Source: Gemmatimonadaceae bacterium
GTDB taxonomy: Bacteria; Gemmatimonadota; Gemmatimonadetes; Gemmatimonadales; Gemmatimonadaceae
Direction: 5' to 3'
NCBI GenBank assembly: GCA_040380205.1
Contig: JBEIJM010000002.1
Location: 2,336-66,335 of the forward strand
Length of the DNA: 64,000 nt
The notes beneath the pieces were generated by a model. That model had not been told where the DNA came from. It worked only from the letters and a program-made list of their open reading frames with translations, and ran no database searches. Shown here one piece after another: positions 29,582-40,222 of this stretch. Both the position numbers and the translations under genes were made by a program. The stretch's first letter is position 1. Every line of letters starts with the position of its first letter.

Positions 29582-30875
29582 GCGCCTTCCGCTCCGGGAG
29601 CGCCGCCGTCGGCGCTTCACGCTCGCCGGGTTGACTGCGGTTGCCGCAGCCACCCTCGCCGCATCGGCCTGCACCGAATCGTTCGAGGGAGGGGCCGCGT
29701 GCCCCGCGCTGTGCCCCCGCACGCTCGTGGCCTTCGTCGACACCACCATCGAGGCCGTCGCGCTGGACAGTGCCGTGGGTGGGTTCCCCACCCTGGGGCT
29801 TTCCAGCACGCTGCTGCTGGCCAATCGGCCGGACACGCTGGTCACCTTCATGGTGGTGCGCTTCGACCAGCTCACGTCCACCTTCTTCCCCAATCGCGGC
29901 ACGGTGTCCGAACAGGTCACCGCGATCGATTCGGTGTTCCTCAAGCTCCCGCTGGACACCACGGGACGCCGCGGCACCGAACCGGTGACGGTGGAGGTGT
30001 TCGACGTGGATACCGTCGCCAGCGATTCCGTGACGGCGGTGGTCCAATCGCTGTTCCGCCCCGACCGGCTCCTCGGGCGGGTCACCCTGACGCCCAGCCT
30101 CAGCCTCGACTCGCTGCGCATCCCGCTGGCGCGCCAGCGGCTCACGGCGCAGGTGGCCAGCGGCGGCCGGTTCCGGGTGGGGGTGCGCATTGCGGGCGGC
30201 GCGGGACAGCTGCGCGTGATCGGCTTCCTGGGTGGCTTTGGCGCCCCCACGCTGTCGTATGATCCCAGCACCGACACCACCTACGCGCCGGTGGTGGTCA
30301 GCCCCAGCACGCCGCTGGCCGGGGCGTCGGCCGAGCTGGCGCAGGCCTATACGGTGTACGGCATCACGCAGGTGGGGTCCGCCCCGCCCGGTGCGGCCAC
30401 GCTGGTGGTGGGGGGATATCCCGCCTACCGCAGCTACCTGCGCTTTGCCGTCCCCAGCCGGATCGCCGACTCCAGCACCATCGTGCGGGCGCAGCTGGTG
30501 CTGGTGCAGCGGCCGTCCCGCTTTGGCAACACGGCCGACTCGGTGCGGCTGGTGCCGTTGGTGCCCTCCACCACGGGGGCGGTGACCGACCTCCGGCGCG
30601 TGCTGGAGCTGAGCGCCGAGGGCGTCCTGGCCGGCCTCGATGGCGGCGTGCGGCTGGTGCCGCGCGACAGCGGGGAGCGGCTGGTCAACCTGCTGCCGTT
30701 GACGCGCACGTGGCGCAGCCTGCCCACCAACGTGCCGCGCGCGGTGGCCTTCCGCATCGACGGGGAAGGCGCGCAGCCGGCCGAGCTGCGCTTTCATTCC
30801 ATCGAGGCCGCCGCACCGTTGCGGCCGCGCCTTCGCCTCACGTACCTGCCGCGAGCGGAGTTCGCGCTGCCATGA
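29574..30875 (+). CDS. Uncharacterised beta-rich lipoprotein
   Basis: Arg-rich N-terminus, hydrophobic core, lipobox-like ASAC, then CPALCP. Thr/Ser/Val-rich beta strands. Overlaps both neighbours. Confidence 0.75.
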   Translation: MTERLPLRERRRRRFTLAGLTAVAAATLAASACTESFEGGAACPALCPRTLVAFVDTTIEAVALDSAVGGFPTLGLSSTLLLANRPDTLVTFMVVRFDQLTSTFFPNRGTVSEQVTAIDSVFLKLPLDTTGRRGTEPVTVEVFDVDTVASDSVTAVVQSLFRPDRLLGRVTLTPSLSLDSLRIPLARQRLTAQVASGGRFRVGVRIAGGAGQLRVIGFLGGFGAPTLSYDPSTDTTYAPVVVSPSTPLAGASAELAQAYTVYGITQVGSAPPGAATLVVGGYPAYRSYLRFAVPSRIADSSTIVRAQLVLVQRPSRFGNTADSVRLVPLVPSTTGAVTDLRRVLELSAEGVLAGLDGGVRLVPRDSGERLVNLLPLTRTWRSLPTNVPRAVAFRIDGEGAQPAELRFHSIEAAAPLRPRLRLTYLPRAEFALP

Positions 30876-32032
30876 CCCCGCATCGCTGGATCTTCCGTGG
30901 CTCCCGCCGGATGGCCGTGGCCGTGGCGACCCTCTGCTGTCCGGCCGCCGCCGCCGTGGCCCAGGGCACGCTCAGCACGCTGGGCTTCGGCTACCCCGTG
31001 GGGGGCGGAAGCATCCGCACCAACGGCACGGCCGGCGCCTTCGGCGAGTTTGACGCCTTCTCCACCGTGAACCCGGCCGCGCTTGGCGGGACGTCGCGGG
31101 TGGTGCTCTCCGCGCAAGCCGAACCCGAGCGGCGCACCGTCACCACCGGCTCGGTGCGTGAGCGCGCCTCGGTGCAGCGGGTGCCCCTGCTGGGGGTGCT
31201 CTTTCCCGCGGGGAAGGGGCTGGGGGTGGGCGTCACCGCCACCACCTTCCTCGATCGCTCGTTCGTGACCACCACGGCCGGCTCCGTCGCCATCGATGGG
31301 CGCCCGGTGCCCACCAGCGACTTCGAGAACGCCAAGGGCGCCATCAGCGACCTGCGCGGGGCGATGGGGTGGCAACGGGGGCGCGTGCGCCTGGGCGTGG
31401 CCGGCCATGTGTTCACCGGCAGCCACCTGGTGGCGCGCACCCGCACCTTCTCCGATTCCGCCCAGTACGGCGGCGTGGTCGACTCCTCGCGCGCCACCTT
31501 CTACGGCCAGGCGCTGTCCATGGGCGCCGAACTGCAGCTGCCGGCCGGGCTCGCCGTGAGCGGGTCGTGGCGCGCCGGGGGCTCGATGGATGCGCGCATC
31601 CGCGACACCGTCCGCGTGGCCGGTGCGGTCCCGCGCCGGGTCGGGATGGGGGTGCGGTTCGAGGGGATCCCCGGCGCCGTCTTCGCGGCGGGGGTGGAGC
31701 AACTGCGCTGGTCGGACATGGGCTCCATGGGCTCCGCCGTCCTGCGCACGCAGGACGCCACCAACTGGCAGGTCGGGGCGGAGGTGGCGGGGCCGCGGCT
31801 GCGCGGCCTCCCAGTGCTGGTGCGCGCGGGCATGGCCCGCTCGGCGCTCCCCTTCGGCACGGCCACCCTCTCGGTGCGGGAGACGCGCACCTCCGCGGGG
31901 CTTGGGATCCCCATCGCCCGCGAGTCGGCCACGCTGGACCTGTCGATCCAGCGCGCCATGCGCACGCCTTCCACCGGGGCCGCGCGTGAGCAGGCGTGGC
32001 TGCTGGGGATCGGCTTGCAGGTGCGTCCCTGA
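30872..32032 (+). CDS. Putative outer-membrane beta-barrel (FadL/PorV-like superfamily)
   Basis: Signal peptide (AVA|Q), N-terminal GFGYP..R..GTAG..NPAALG hatch-like motif, amphipathic beta strands. Confidence 0.65.
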   Translation: MTPHRWIFRGSRRMAVAVATLCCPAAAAVAQGTLSTLGFGYPVGGGSIRTNGTAGAFGEFDAFSTVNPAALGGTSRVVLSAQAEPERRTVTTGSVRERASVQRVPLLGVLFPAGKGLGVGVTATTFLDRSFVTTTAGSVAIDGRPVPTSDFENAKGAISDLRGAMGWQRGRVRLGVAGHVFTGSHLVARTRTFSDSAQYGGVVDSSRATFYGQALSMGAELQLPAGLAVSGSWRAGGSMDARIRDTVRVAGAVPRRVGMGVRFEGIPGAVFAAGVEQLRWSDMGSMGSAVLRTQDATNWQVGAEVAGPRLRGLPVLVRAGMARSALPFGTATLSVRETRTSAGLGIPIARESATLDLSIQRAMRTPSTGAAREQAWLLGIGLQVRP

Positions 32033-32048
32033 CCCCCGGGGTGGCCCC

Positions 32049-33422
<1,374 letters not shown>

Positions 33423-33579
33423 CGCCCGGCCGAGCTGAGCAGGGCGGGCGCCCCCCGCGCGCTAGCCCCGGGGGCCGCGCGGGCACGCTTGCGGGTTGGG
33501 GGGCCTCCCGTGCGGAGTGCGGGCCAAGGACGCGGTGCCCGGGGTTGGTGCCCCGAGGCGTTCGGAGGCACCCTGCGGG

Positions 33580-36003
33580 GTGCCGCTCCTCGTCCCCCTC
33601 GTGTTCCTCTGGATCTCCGGCCTCGTGGTCGGACGCTGGGTGCCCGTGGAGGGCGATCCGGGCGCGCTTCGCGCATGGGCGCCGGCGGCGGCGGCGGTGG
33701 GCATCCTGCTGTGCCTGCACGCCGCGGTCGGGGGATCGCGCCCGGCGCGCAGGCGGACGGGCGCTTCGGTGGCGCCATGGCTCACAGCCTCCGTGCTGGC
33801 GGCGGGCATGGCGGCCGCGTGGGGGCACCGGCGTCAGGTGGAGGGGTGCACCCGCCAGCTGGAGGCGGTCCTGACCCGGTCGGGAAGCGTGGAGGCGGTG
33901 CTGGAGGCCGACGAGCCACCGTCGCGCACGGTGCCGGTCGTCCTGCGCCTGGCGTCGGTCGCTCCCGAAGCGGCGCCCCTGCACGCCGCCTGTCGTCTGC
34001 CCGCGCACCTGGCACTCCCCCGCGATCGCCCTCGGCCGGCGCTGGCCGGGGAGCGCCTGTGGGTGGCCGGACCGCTGCGTCGCCAGGGCGATCGCCTGCG
34101 GCTGGAGGCGCAGGGCGCGGTGGCGCTGGTGCCCGGCCCTCCGGATCGCCTGCGCTTCTGGCGCGGTCGTGTGGGGCGGCTGATTGACGCGCACTTCGGC
34201 GAGGCCGCGCCATTGGCGCGGGCGCTGCTGGTGGCCGATCAGCGGGACATCCCGCCCGCGGTGCGGGACCGGTACGCGGATGCCGGGTTGGTGCACCTGC
34301 TGTCCGTCTCAGGGATGCACGTGGCCATCATTGCCGTCGCCCTGGGAACGCTGGGGGCGGCCCTTCGGCTTCCGCGTCGTGGCGTGACGGCTGCGACGAT
34401 GCTGCTGGTCACCGGCTACGTGTTGCTGCTGGGCGCGCCCGCGCCCGCGGTGCGCAGCGCCGTGATGTTGGCGGTGGAGCTGCTGGCCGTGCGGCTCCAG
34501 CATCCGGTGCACCCGTGGACGGCACTGGCCTTGGGGGCGGTGGTCCCCACGGTGGACGCTGGGGTCGTGGTGAACCTGGGGTGGCAGCTGAGCGTGGCGG
34601 GGATGGCGGCGCTGGTCGCGGCGCGTCCGCTGCTGCGGCCGCGTCCCGTGGTGGGACGGCGCGTGCCCCGGTCGCTCGTGGCGCGGGGGCAGCGCCGCCT
34701 GGCCCGGCTGCGCGGCCTGCGGCACACCGTGGTTCTGGAGCTGTGCACCGGGGTGTTGGCCGGCGTGGTCACGGCGCCGCTGCTGGCGTGGCATTTCGGC
34801 CGCATCAGCCTCGTGGCGCCGCTGGCCAACCTGGTGGCAGCCCCGGTCATCGCCCTGCTGCAGCCCGCCCTCTTTCTGGCCATCACGCTGGCCCCGGCGC
34901 CGCCGCTGGTGGCTTGGGTGGCCGATGCGTGCCGAGCCCTGATGGCGCTCCTGGATGCCACGGCCAGGGCGGCGGCGGCGCTGCCAGGGGGGGCCGTGTC
35001 GGTGGCCCCCACCGGGGTCGAGGCGGTGGCCTGCGCGGTGGCCGTGGGCTGTCTGCTGGTGGCGACGGCCGCCCGGCGGCCGATGCCCTGGTGGCGCGTG
35101 GGGGTGGCGGCGGGCGGGGTGGCCCTCGCCGCTCCCCTGCTCCCGGTGGGGTCCGGCGACCTGGAGGTGCATGTGCTCGATGTCGGGCAGGGTGATGCGA
35201 TTGCCCTGCGCACCCCCCGAGGCCGCTGGGTCCTCATCGACGCCGGCCGCCGCTGGGAGGGGGGGGATGCGGGGCGGCGGGTGGTCATCCCGCATGTGCG
35301 CCGCGTCGGTGGACCGGTGGCGTTGTTCGTGCTCTCCCACGCCCACGAGGATCACGCCGGAGGGGCCCCCACGGTCCTGGAGGCGCTTCGCCCGGCCGGC
35401 TGGTGGGAACCGGCCTTCGTGTCCCCAAGCCCCGCCTATGCCCAGGCGCTGGCCACGGCCGAGCGCCATGGCATTCCCTGGGAACGCGTCCGTCCCGGAC
35501 GGCGGCTCCTCCTCGACGGGGTCGCCCTCACGGTGCTTGCCCCCGACTCGGCCTGGACCGCGCGGCAGCACGACGCCAACGAAACGTCGGTGGTCGTGCG
35601 CGTCGACTACGGCAGTCGGCGGCTCCTGTTCACCGGCGACGCCGAGGCCAGCGAGGAGGCATGGCTGGTCGAGCGGGTGGGATGTGCCGCCCTGCGCGCC
35701 GATGTGCTCAAGCTGGGGCACCATGGCAGTCGCACCAGCACCACCCCCGCCTTCCTGGCGGCGGTGTCCCCGCGCCTCGCCATCGCCTCGGTGGGCGCCG
35801 GCAACCGGTACGGGCACCCCGCTCCCGCCGTGGTGGCCCGACTGGCCGAGGCCGCCATTCCGCTGTGGCGGACCGACGAGGACGGGACCGTGGTGGTACG
35901 CACGAATGGGCGGGCCCTCTCCGTGGAGGGGAACGGCGGGCGATGGGTGGCCCCCGGCGCCGATGCGGAGGGGACGCAGGAACGGCTCCCGTGTCCGTCG
36001 TGA
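33580..36003 (+). CDS. comEC: Competence protein ComEC/Rec2
   Basis: HLLSVSGMHV, RSAVM, GWQLS, DVGQGD, HAHEDH, HHGSRTS, NRYGHP. Start uncertain (33496-33580). Confidence 0.93.
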   Translation: MPLLVPLVFLWISGLVVGRWVPVEGDPGALRAWAPAAAAVGILLCLHAAVGGSRPARRRTGASVAPWLTASVLAAGMAAAWGHRRQVEGCTRQLEAVLTRSGSVEAVLEADEPPSRTVPVVLRLASVAPEAAPLHAACRLPAHLALPRDRPRPALAGERLWVAGPLRRQGDRLRLEAQGAVALVPGPPDRLRFWRGRVGRLIDAHFGEAAPLARALLVADQRDIPPAVRDRYADAGLVHLLSVSGMHVAIIAVALGTLGAALRLPRRGVTAATMLLVTGYVLLLGAPAPAVRSAVMLAVELLAVRLQHPVHPWTALALGAVVPTVDAGVVVNLGWQLSVAGMAALVAARPLLRPRPVVGRRVPRSLVARGQRRLARLRGLRHTVVLELCTGVLAGVVTAPLLAWHFGRISLVAPLANLVAAPVIALLQPALFLAITLAPAPPLVAWVADACRALMALLDATARAAAALPGGAVSVAPTGVEAVACAVAVGCLLVATAARRPMPWWRVGVAAGGVALAAPLLPVGSGDLEVHVLDVGQGDAIALRTPRGRWVLIDAGRRWEGGDAGRRVVIPHVRRVGGPVALFVLSHAHEDHAGGAPTVLEALRPAGWWEPAFVSPSPAYAQALATAERHGIPWERVRPGRRLLLDGVALTVLAPDSAWTARQHDANETSVVVRVDYGSRRLLFTGDAEASEEAWLVERVGCAALRADVLKLGHHGSRTSTTPAFLAAVSPRLAIASVGAGNRYGHPAPAVVARLAEAAIPLWRTDEDGTVVVRTNGRALSVEGNGGRWVAPGADAEGTQERLPCPS

Positions 36004-36128
36004 CGGGTGATCCCCCTTGCTCGGCCCACCGCACGCCCCCGGCCTTTCGGGACGCTCCGGAAATGGCCAGCTTTCCACATGGGCCGCGACGACGCGGGCC
36101 CGGTCGACCCTCCTGCCAGAGCGCCCTC

Positions 36129-37178
36129 GTGGTCAAGCATACTGCCACCTCAGTCGTCACCATCGAGCGCTTCATCATCGAGCAGGAGCGCATGTTCCCC
36201 GAGGCCACCGGCGAGCTCTCGGGGATTCTCTACGACATGGCGCTGGCCGGCAAGATGATCGCCAACAAGGTGCGCAGCGCCGGCCTCGTGGACATCCTCG
36301 GGGCCACCGCCGACACCAACGTCCAGGGCGAGATCCAGCAGAAGCTGGACATCATCGCCAACGAGATCATCGTCAAGGCGTTCGACCACGGCGGCCGCCT
36401 CTGCGCGATGGCCTCGGAGGAGGAGCCGGACATCATCCACATCCCCGAGGGGTTCCGCGCGGGGAAGTACGTCCTCCTCTTCGACCCGCTGGACGGCTCG
36501 TCCAACATCGATGTCAACGTGCCGGTGGGCACCATCTTCTCCGTGTACCGCAAGATCACCCGCGGCACCCGCGGCGAGATGGAGGACATGCTGCAGCCGG
36601 GGCGGCGCCAGGTCGCGGCGGGGTACGTCATCTACGGCTCCAGCACCATGATGGTGTACACCACGGGGCAGGGGGCGCACGGCTTCACCCTCGACCCCTC
36701 CATCGGCGAGTTCCTGCTGTCGCACCCCAACATCCGCATCCCCGAGCGCGCGCGGTACCTGTCCGTCAACGACGCATACGAGCAGGACTGGCCCGAGCCC
36801 ACGCGCGCCCTCATGCGCCGCTATCGCGGGCTGGACGGCGTGCGCTCCCCGCTCAACGTGCGGTACGTCGGGTCGCTGGTGGCGGACTTCCACCGCAACC
36901 TCCTGGGCGGAGGGGTCTTCTGCTACCCGGCCAACGCGCGGTCGCCGCGCGGCAAGTTGCGGCTGCTGTACGAGGCCAATCCGCTGGCGTTCATCGCCGA
37001 GCAGGCCGGCGGGCTGGCCAGCGACGGCGCGGGGCGGGTGATGGACATCCAGCCCACGGAGCTGCACCAGCGCACCCCGCTGTACCTCGGCAGCCGCGCC
37101 GAGGTGGAGACGGTGCAGGAGTTTCCGCTCCCGCCCGAGTACGTCGAGCGGCGCACCGGTGCCGTCGGCGGCGCCTGA
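36129..37178 (+). CDS. fbp: Fructose-1,6-bisphosphatase class I
   Basis: NVQGEIQQKLD, FDPLDGSSNIDVN, RYVGSLVADFHR, KLRLLYEANP. Start GTG 36129. Confidence 0.96.
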   Translation: MVKHTATSVVTIERFIIEQERMFPEATGELSGILYDMALAGKMIANKVRSAGLVDILGATADTNVQGEIQQKLDIIANEIIVKAFDHGGRLCAMASEEEPDIIHIPEGFRAGKYVLLFDPLDGSSNIDVNVPVGTIFSVYRKITRGTRGEMEDMLQPGRRQVAAGYVIYGSSTMMVYTTGQGAHGFTLDPSIGEFLLSHPNIRIPERARYLSVNDAYEQDWPEPTRALMRRYRGLDGVRSPLNVRYVGSLVADFHRNLLGGGVFCYPANARSPRGKLRLLYEANPLAFIAEQAGGLASDGAGRVMDIQPTELHQRTPLYLGSRAEVETVQEFPLPPEYVERRTGAVGGA

Positions 37179-37193
37179 GCGTAAGTTCGGGGG

Positions 37194-38789
37194 ATGAGCG
37201 AACGCCTCTCCCCCTCCGGCATCCCCGTGGCGGCGGTGCTCCGCCCGGAGCCCCAGACGGATGTCTATGCGCGCGACCTCGGTGATCCGGGGCGCTTTCC
37301 GTTCACCCGCGGCGTCCAGCCCACGATGTACCGGGGCCGGCTCTGGACCATGCGCCAGTACGCCGGCTTCGGCACGGCGGCCGCCACCAATGCCCGCTTC
37401 AAGCTCCTGTTGGAGGCGGGACAGACGGGGCTCTCGGTGGCCTTCGATCTCCCCACCCAGATGGGGATCGACTCCGATTCGCCGCGCGCCCTGGGGGAGG
37501 TCGGCCGGGTGGGGGTGGCCATCGACACGGTGGACGACCTGCACGTGCTGCTGGACGGGATTCCGCTGGACCGGGTCTCCACCAGCATGACCATCAACGC
37601 CACGGCCTCCACGCTGCTGGCCATGTACATCGTGGTGGCGGAGGAGCGCGGGATTGCGCGGGGCGCGCTGTCGGGCACCGTGCAGAACGACATCCTCAAG
37701 GAGTACATCGCCCGCGGCACGTACATCTATCCGCCCGCGCCGTCGCTGGCGCTCACGGCGGAGATGTTCCGGTTCTGCGCCGCCGAGGTGCCGCAGTGGA
37801 ACCCCATCTCCATTTCCGGCTACCACATCCGCGAGGCGGGGAGCACGGCGGTGCAGGAGGTGGCCTTCACCTTTGCCGACGCGCTGGAGTACGTGCGGCA
37901 GGCGGTGGCGGCGGGGCTGGCGGTGGACGCCTTCGCGCCGCGCCTCTCCTTCTTCTTCGCCGCGCACAGCGACCTGTTCGAGGAGGTGGCCAAGTTCCGC
38001 GCCGCGCGCCGCCTCTGGGCGCGCCTCATGCGGGCCCGGTTCGGGGCGGATGACGCCAGCTGCCGCCTGCGCTTCCACACGCAGACGGGGGGCGTGACGC
38101 TCACCGCCCAGCAGCCGCTCAACAACGTCGTCCGCGTCACCATCCAGGCGCTGGCCGCCGCGCTGGGGGGCACGCAATCGCTGCACACCAACGGCTACGA
38201 CGAGGCGCTCGCGCTCCCCACCGCCGAGGCGGCCACGCTGGCGCTGCGCACGCAGCAGGTGGTGGCGCATGAGTCGGGGGTGGCGCAGACGGTCGATCCG
38301 CTGGCCGGCAGCTGGTACGTGGAGCATCTCACCGACGAGATCGAGGCCCGGGCGTTGGCGCTCATCGAACACGTCGACGGGCTGGGGGGCGCGGCGGAGG
38401 CGATCCGCGCCGGCTTCTTCCAGGAGGAGATTGCCGCCAGCGCCTACGCCCATCAGCTGCGCATCGAGGCGGGCGAGGCCGTCGTGGTGGGGGTCAACCG
38501 CTTCGGGGACGGGCAGGAGCCCCCCATCATTCCCGCGCCGGACTTCTCCGCGCTGGAGCGCGAGCAGGTGGACCGGCTGGCCGCCACGCGCGCGGCCCGG
38601 CCCGCAGGCGCCTTGGCCGCGGCGCTCGAGGCGCTCGCGGCCGCCGCCCCCGACTACCTCCCCGACCATGCGGGCGACCGGCGCCCGCTCATGCCCGTGA
38701 TCATCGACGCCGTCCGGGCCCGCGCCAGCGTGGGGGAGATTGCCGACACGCTCGAGCGGGCGTGGGGGCGCTACCACCCCGGCCAATGA
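37194..38789 (+). CDS. Methylmalonyl-CoA mutase, substrate-binding (large) subunit without B12-binding domain
   Basis: [38 protein letters not shown]. No DxHxxG domain at the C-terminus. Confidence 0.92.
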   Translation: MSERLSPSGIPVAAVLRPEPQTDVYARDLGDPGRFPFTRGVQPTMYRGRLWTMRQYAGFGTAAATNARFKLLLEAGQTGLSVAFDLPTQMGIDSDSPRALGEVGRVGVAIDTVDDLHVLLDGIPLDRVSTSMTINATASTLLAMYIVVAEERGIARGALSGTVQNDILKEYIARGTYIYPPAPSLALTAEMFRFCAAEVPQWNPISISGYHIREAGSTAVQEVAFTFADALEYVRQAVAAGLAVDAFAPRLSFFFAAHSDLFEEVAKFRAARRLWARLMRARFGADDASCRLRFHTQTGGVTLTAQQPLNNVVRVTIQALAAALGGTQSLHTNGYDEALALPTAEAATLALRTQQVVAHESGVAQTVDPLAGSWYVEHLTDEIEARALALIEHVDGLGGAAEAIRAGFFQEEIAASAYAHQLRIEAGEAVVVGVNRFGDGQEPPIIPAPDFSALEREQVDRLAATRAARPAGALAAALEALAAAAPDYLPDHAGDRRPLMPVIIDAVRARASVGEIADTLERAWGRYHPGQ

Positions 38790-38835
38790 GGGGCCGGCCA
38801 GCTCGGGCCGGACAACGGCGACGGGAGGAGCCGGG

Positions 38836-40011
38836 ATGACCGATCGGCCGAAGGCGGCGGCTGACGGGAGTGGGAGCGGGAGCGGGGTGCCGCGTCCGCT
38901 CCCCGTGTTGCGCGCCATGATAGACGCGCTGGACCGCGACCTGCTGCAGACGCTGGCCCGGCGCGCGGCGCTGGTGGCCGAGGTGGCGGAGGTGAAGCGG
39001 CGGGAGGGGCTGCGGATCCGCGATCCCGAGCGGGAGGCCGCGGTGCTGCGGGCGTGGAGGGAGCGGGCGCAGGCGCTGGGGCTCCCGGCGGACGAGGTGG
39101 AGTCGATGGTGCGCATGCTGCTCCGCGCCAGCCGCGACCAGCAGGCGGCGCTGCGGGCCGAGGTCCCGCTGGACGAGCCCTCGCGGACGGTGGCGATCAT
39201 CGGCGGGGCCGGACGGATGGGGCGACGCATGGCCCAACTGTTCGCCGACCTCGGCCATCAGGTGCTGGTGGCGGACGTGGACACCGCGTTGCGCCCGGCG
39301 CAGGCGGCCGCGGCGGCCGACGTCACGGTGGTCAGCGTCCCCATCGACCGCACGGAGGCGGTCATCCGCGAGGTGGGGGCGCACGTGCCCGCCCATGGCC
39401 TGCTCATGGACGTGACCAGCCTCAAGGCGGCGCCGCTCCAGGCCATGCTGGAGGCGACGGCGGCCAGCGTGCTGGGGACGCACCCGCTGTTCGGCCCCGG
39501 GGTCCATTCGCTGCAGGGGCAGCGCGTGGTGCTGTGCCGCGGGCGGGGCGACGAGTGGGCTGCGTGGGTGACCCGCGTGCTGGAGGCGCGCGGGCTGGTG
39601 GTGGTGGAGTCCGGCGCCGAGGTGCACGACCGGACGATGGCACTGGTGCAGGTGCTCACCCATTACCAGACGCAGGTGATGGGGGTGGCGCTGGCGCGCC
39701 TCGGGGAGGCACTGGATGCCACCCTCCCCTTCACCTCCCCCGCGTACCTGCTGGAGTTGTACGTCACGGCGCGCCACTTCGGGCAGGATCCGGCGCTGTA
39801 CGGGCCCATCGAGATGCGCAACCCTCGGACGGGCGAGGTGACGGCGGTGTTCCAGGCGGCGGCGCGCGAGGTCGCCGAGGTCCTGGCCGCCGGGGACCAG
39901 GCGCGCTTTTCGGAACTGTTCGCGGAGGTGCGCCGCTACTTCGGGGCCTTCACCGACGAGGCGACGGTGCAGTCCGGGGTGCTGATTGACCGGGTGGTGG
40001 AGCGGCGATAG
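38836..40011 (+). CDS. tyrA: Bifunctional chorismate mutase / prephenate dehydrogenase
   Basis: AroQ domain (LRAMIDALD..RDPERE), GGAGRMG, DVTSLK, HPLFGP, EVHDRTMA. GGAGGAG upstream of ATG 38836. Confidence 0.9.
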   Translation: MTDRPKAAADGSGSGSGVPRPLPVLRAMIDALDRDLLQTLARRAALVAEVAEVKRREGLRIRDPEREAAVLRAWRERAQALGLPADEVESMVRMLLRASRDQQAALRAEVPLDEPSRTVAIIGGAGRMGRRMAQLFADLGHQVLVADVDTALRPAQAAAAADVTVVSVPIDRTEAVIREVGAHVPAHGLLMDVTSLKAAPLQAMLEATAASVLGTHPLFGPGVHSLQGQRVVLCRGRGDEWAAWVTRVLEARGLVVVESGAEVHDRTMALVQVLTHYQTQVMGVALARLGEALDATLPFTSPAYLLELYVTARHFGQDPALYGPIEMRNPRTGEVTAVFQAAAREVAEVLAAGDQARFSELFAEVRRYFGAFTDEATVQSGVLIDRVVERR

Positions 40012-40222
40012 GCCGCCCACAGGGCGAGATGTCTGGCGTGCCGGTTGGCACCGGCGGACCGGGGCACACCCCTACCGGCCCGTTCCGTCTCGGCCTAGTA
40101 TACCTCCGCCCTCTCTCTGGCCAGCGTGCCGGGGGCCGGGGGCGTCCGGCTCGTGCCGGGGCGTCCGCACCACCGCGGCCGCCCGGCGGGCCGGGAGACC
40201 TAACTTCAGGAACCGGGGACAA

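Noticed and set aside
33423-33580. GC-rich miaB-comEC intergenic region with small hairpins as a possible ncRNA
   Set aside because: No tRNA, SRP, 6S or riboswitch signature. The pairing is expected at this GC content, and part may be comEC coding sequence.
36041-36068. Imperfect inverted repeat upstream of fbp as a possible operator
   Set aside because: Short and imperfect, with no second copy found in the window.
40033-40050. Possible sigma54 promoter (TGGCGTG-N4-TTGG) upstream of susC
   Set aside because: It lacks the invariant -12 GC.
40190-40201. GCCGGGAGACCT upstream of susC resembling the 3' B12-box of a cobalamin riboswitch, with a B12 mutase nearby
   Set aside because: The other conserved elements (GGGAA, GCCCCCGCAACTGT-like, GCCACTG) are not visible. 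An Infernal search would settle it.
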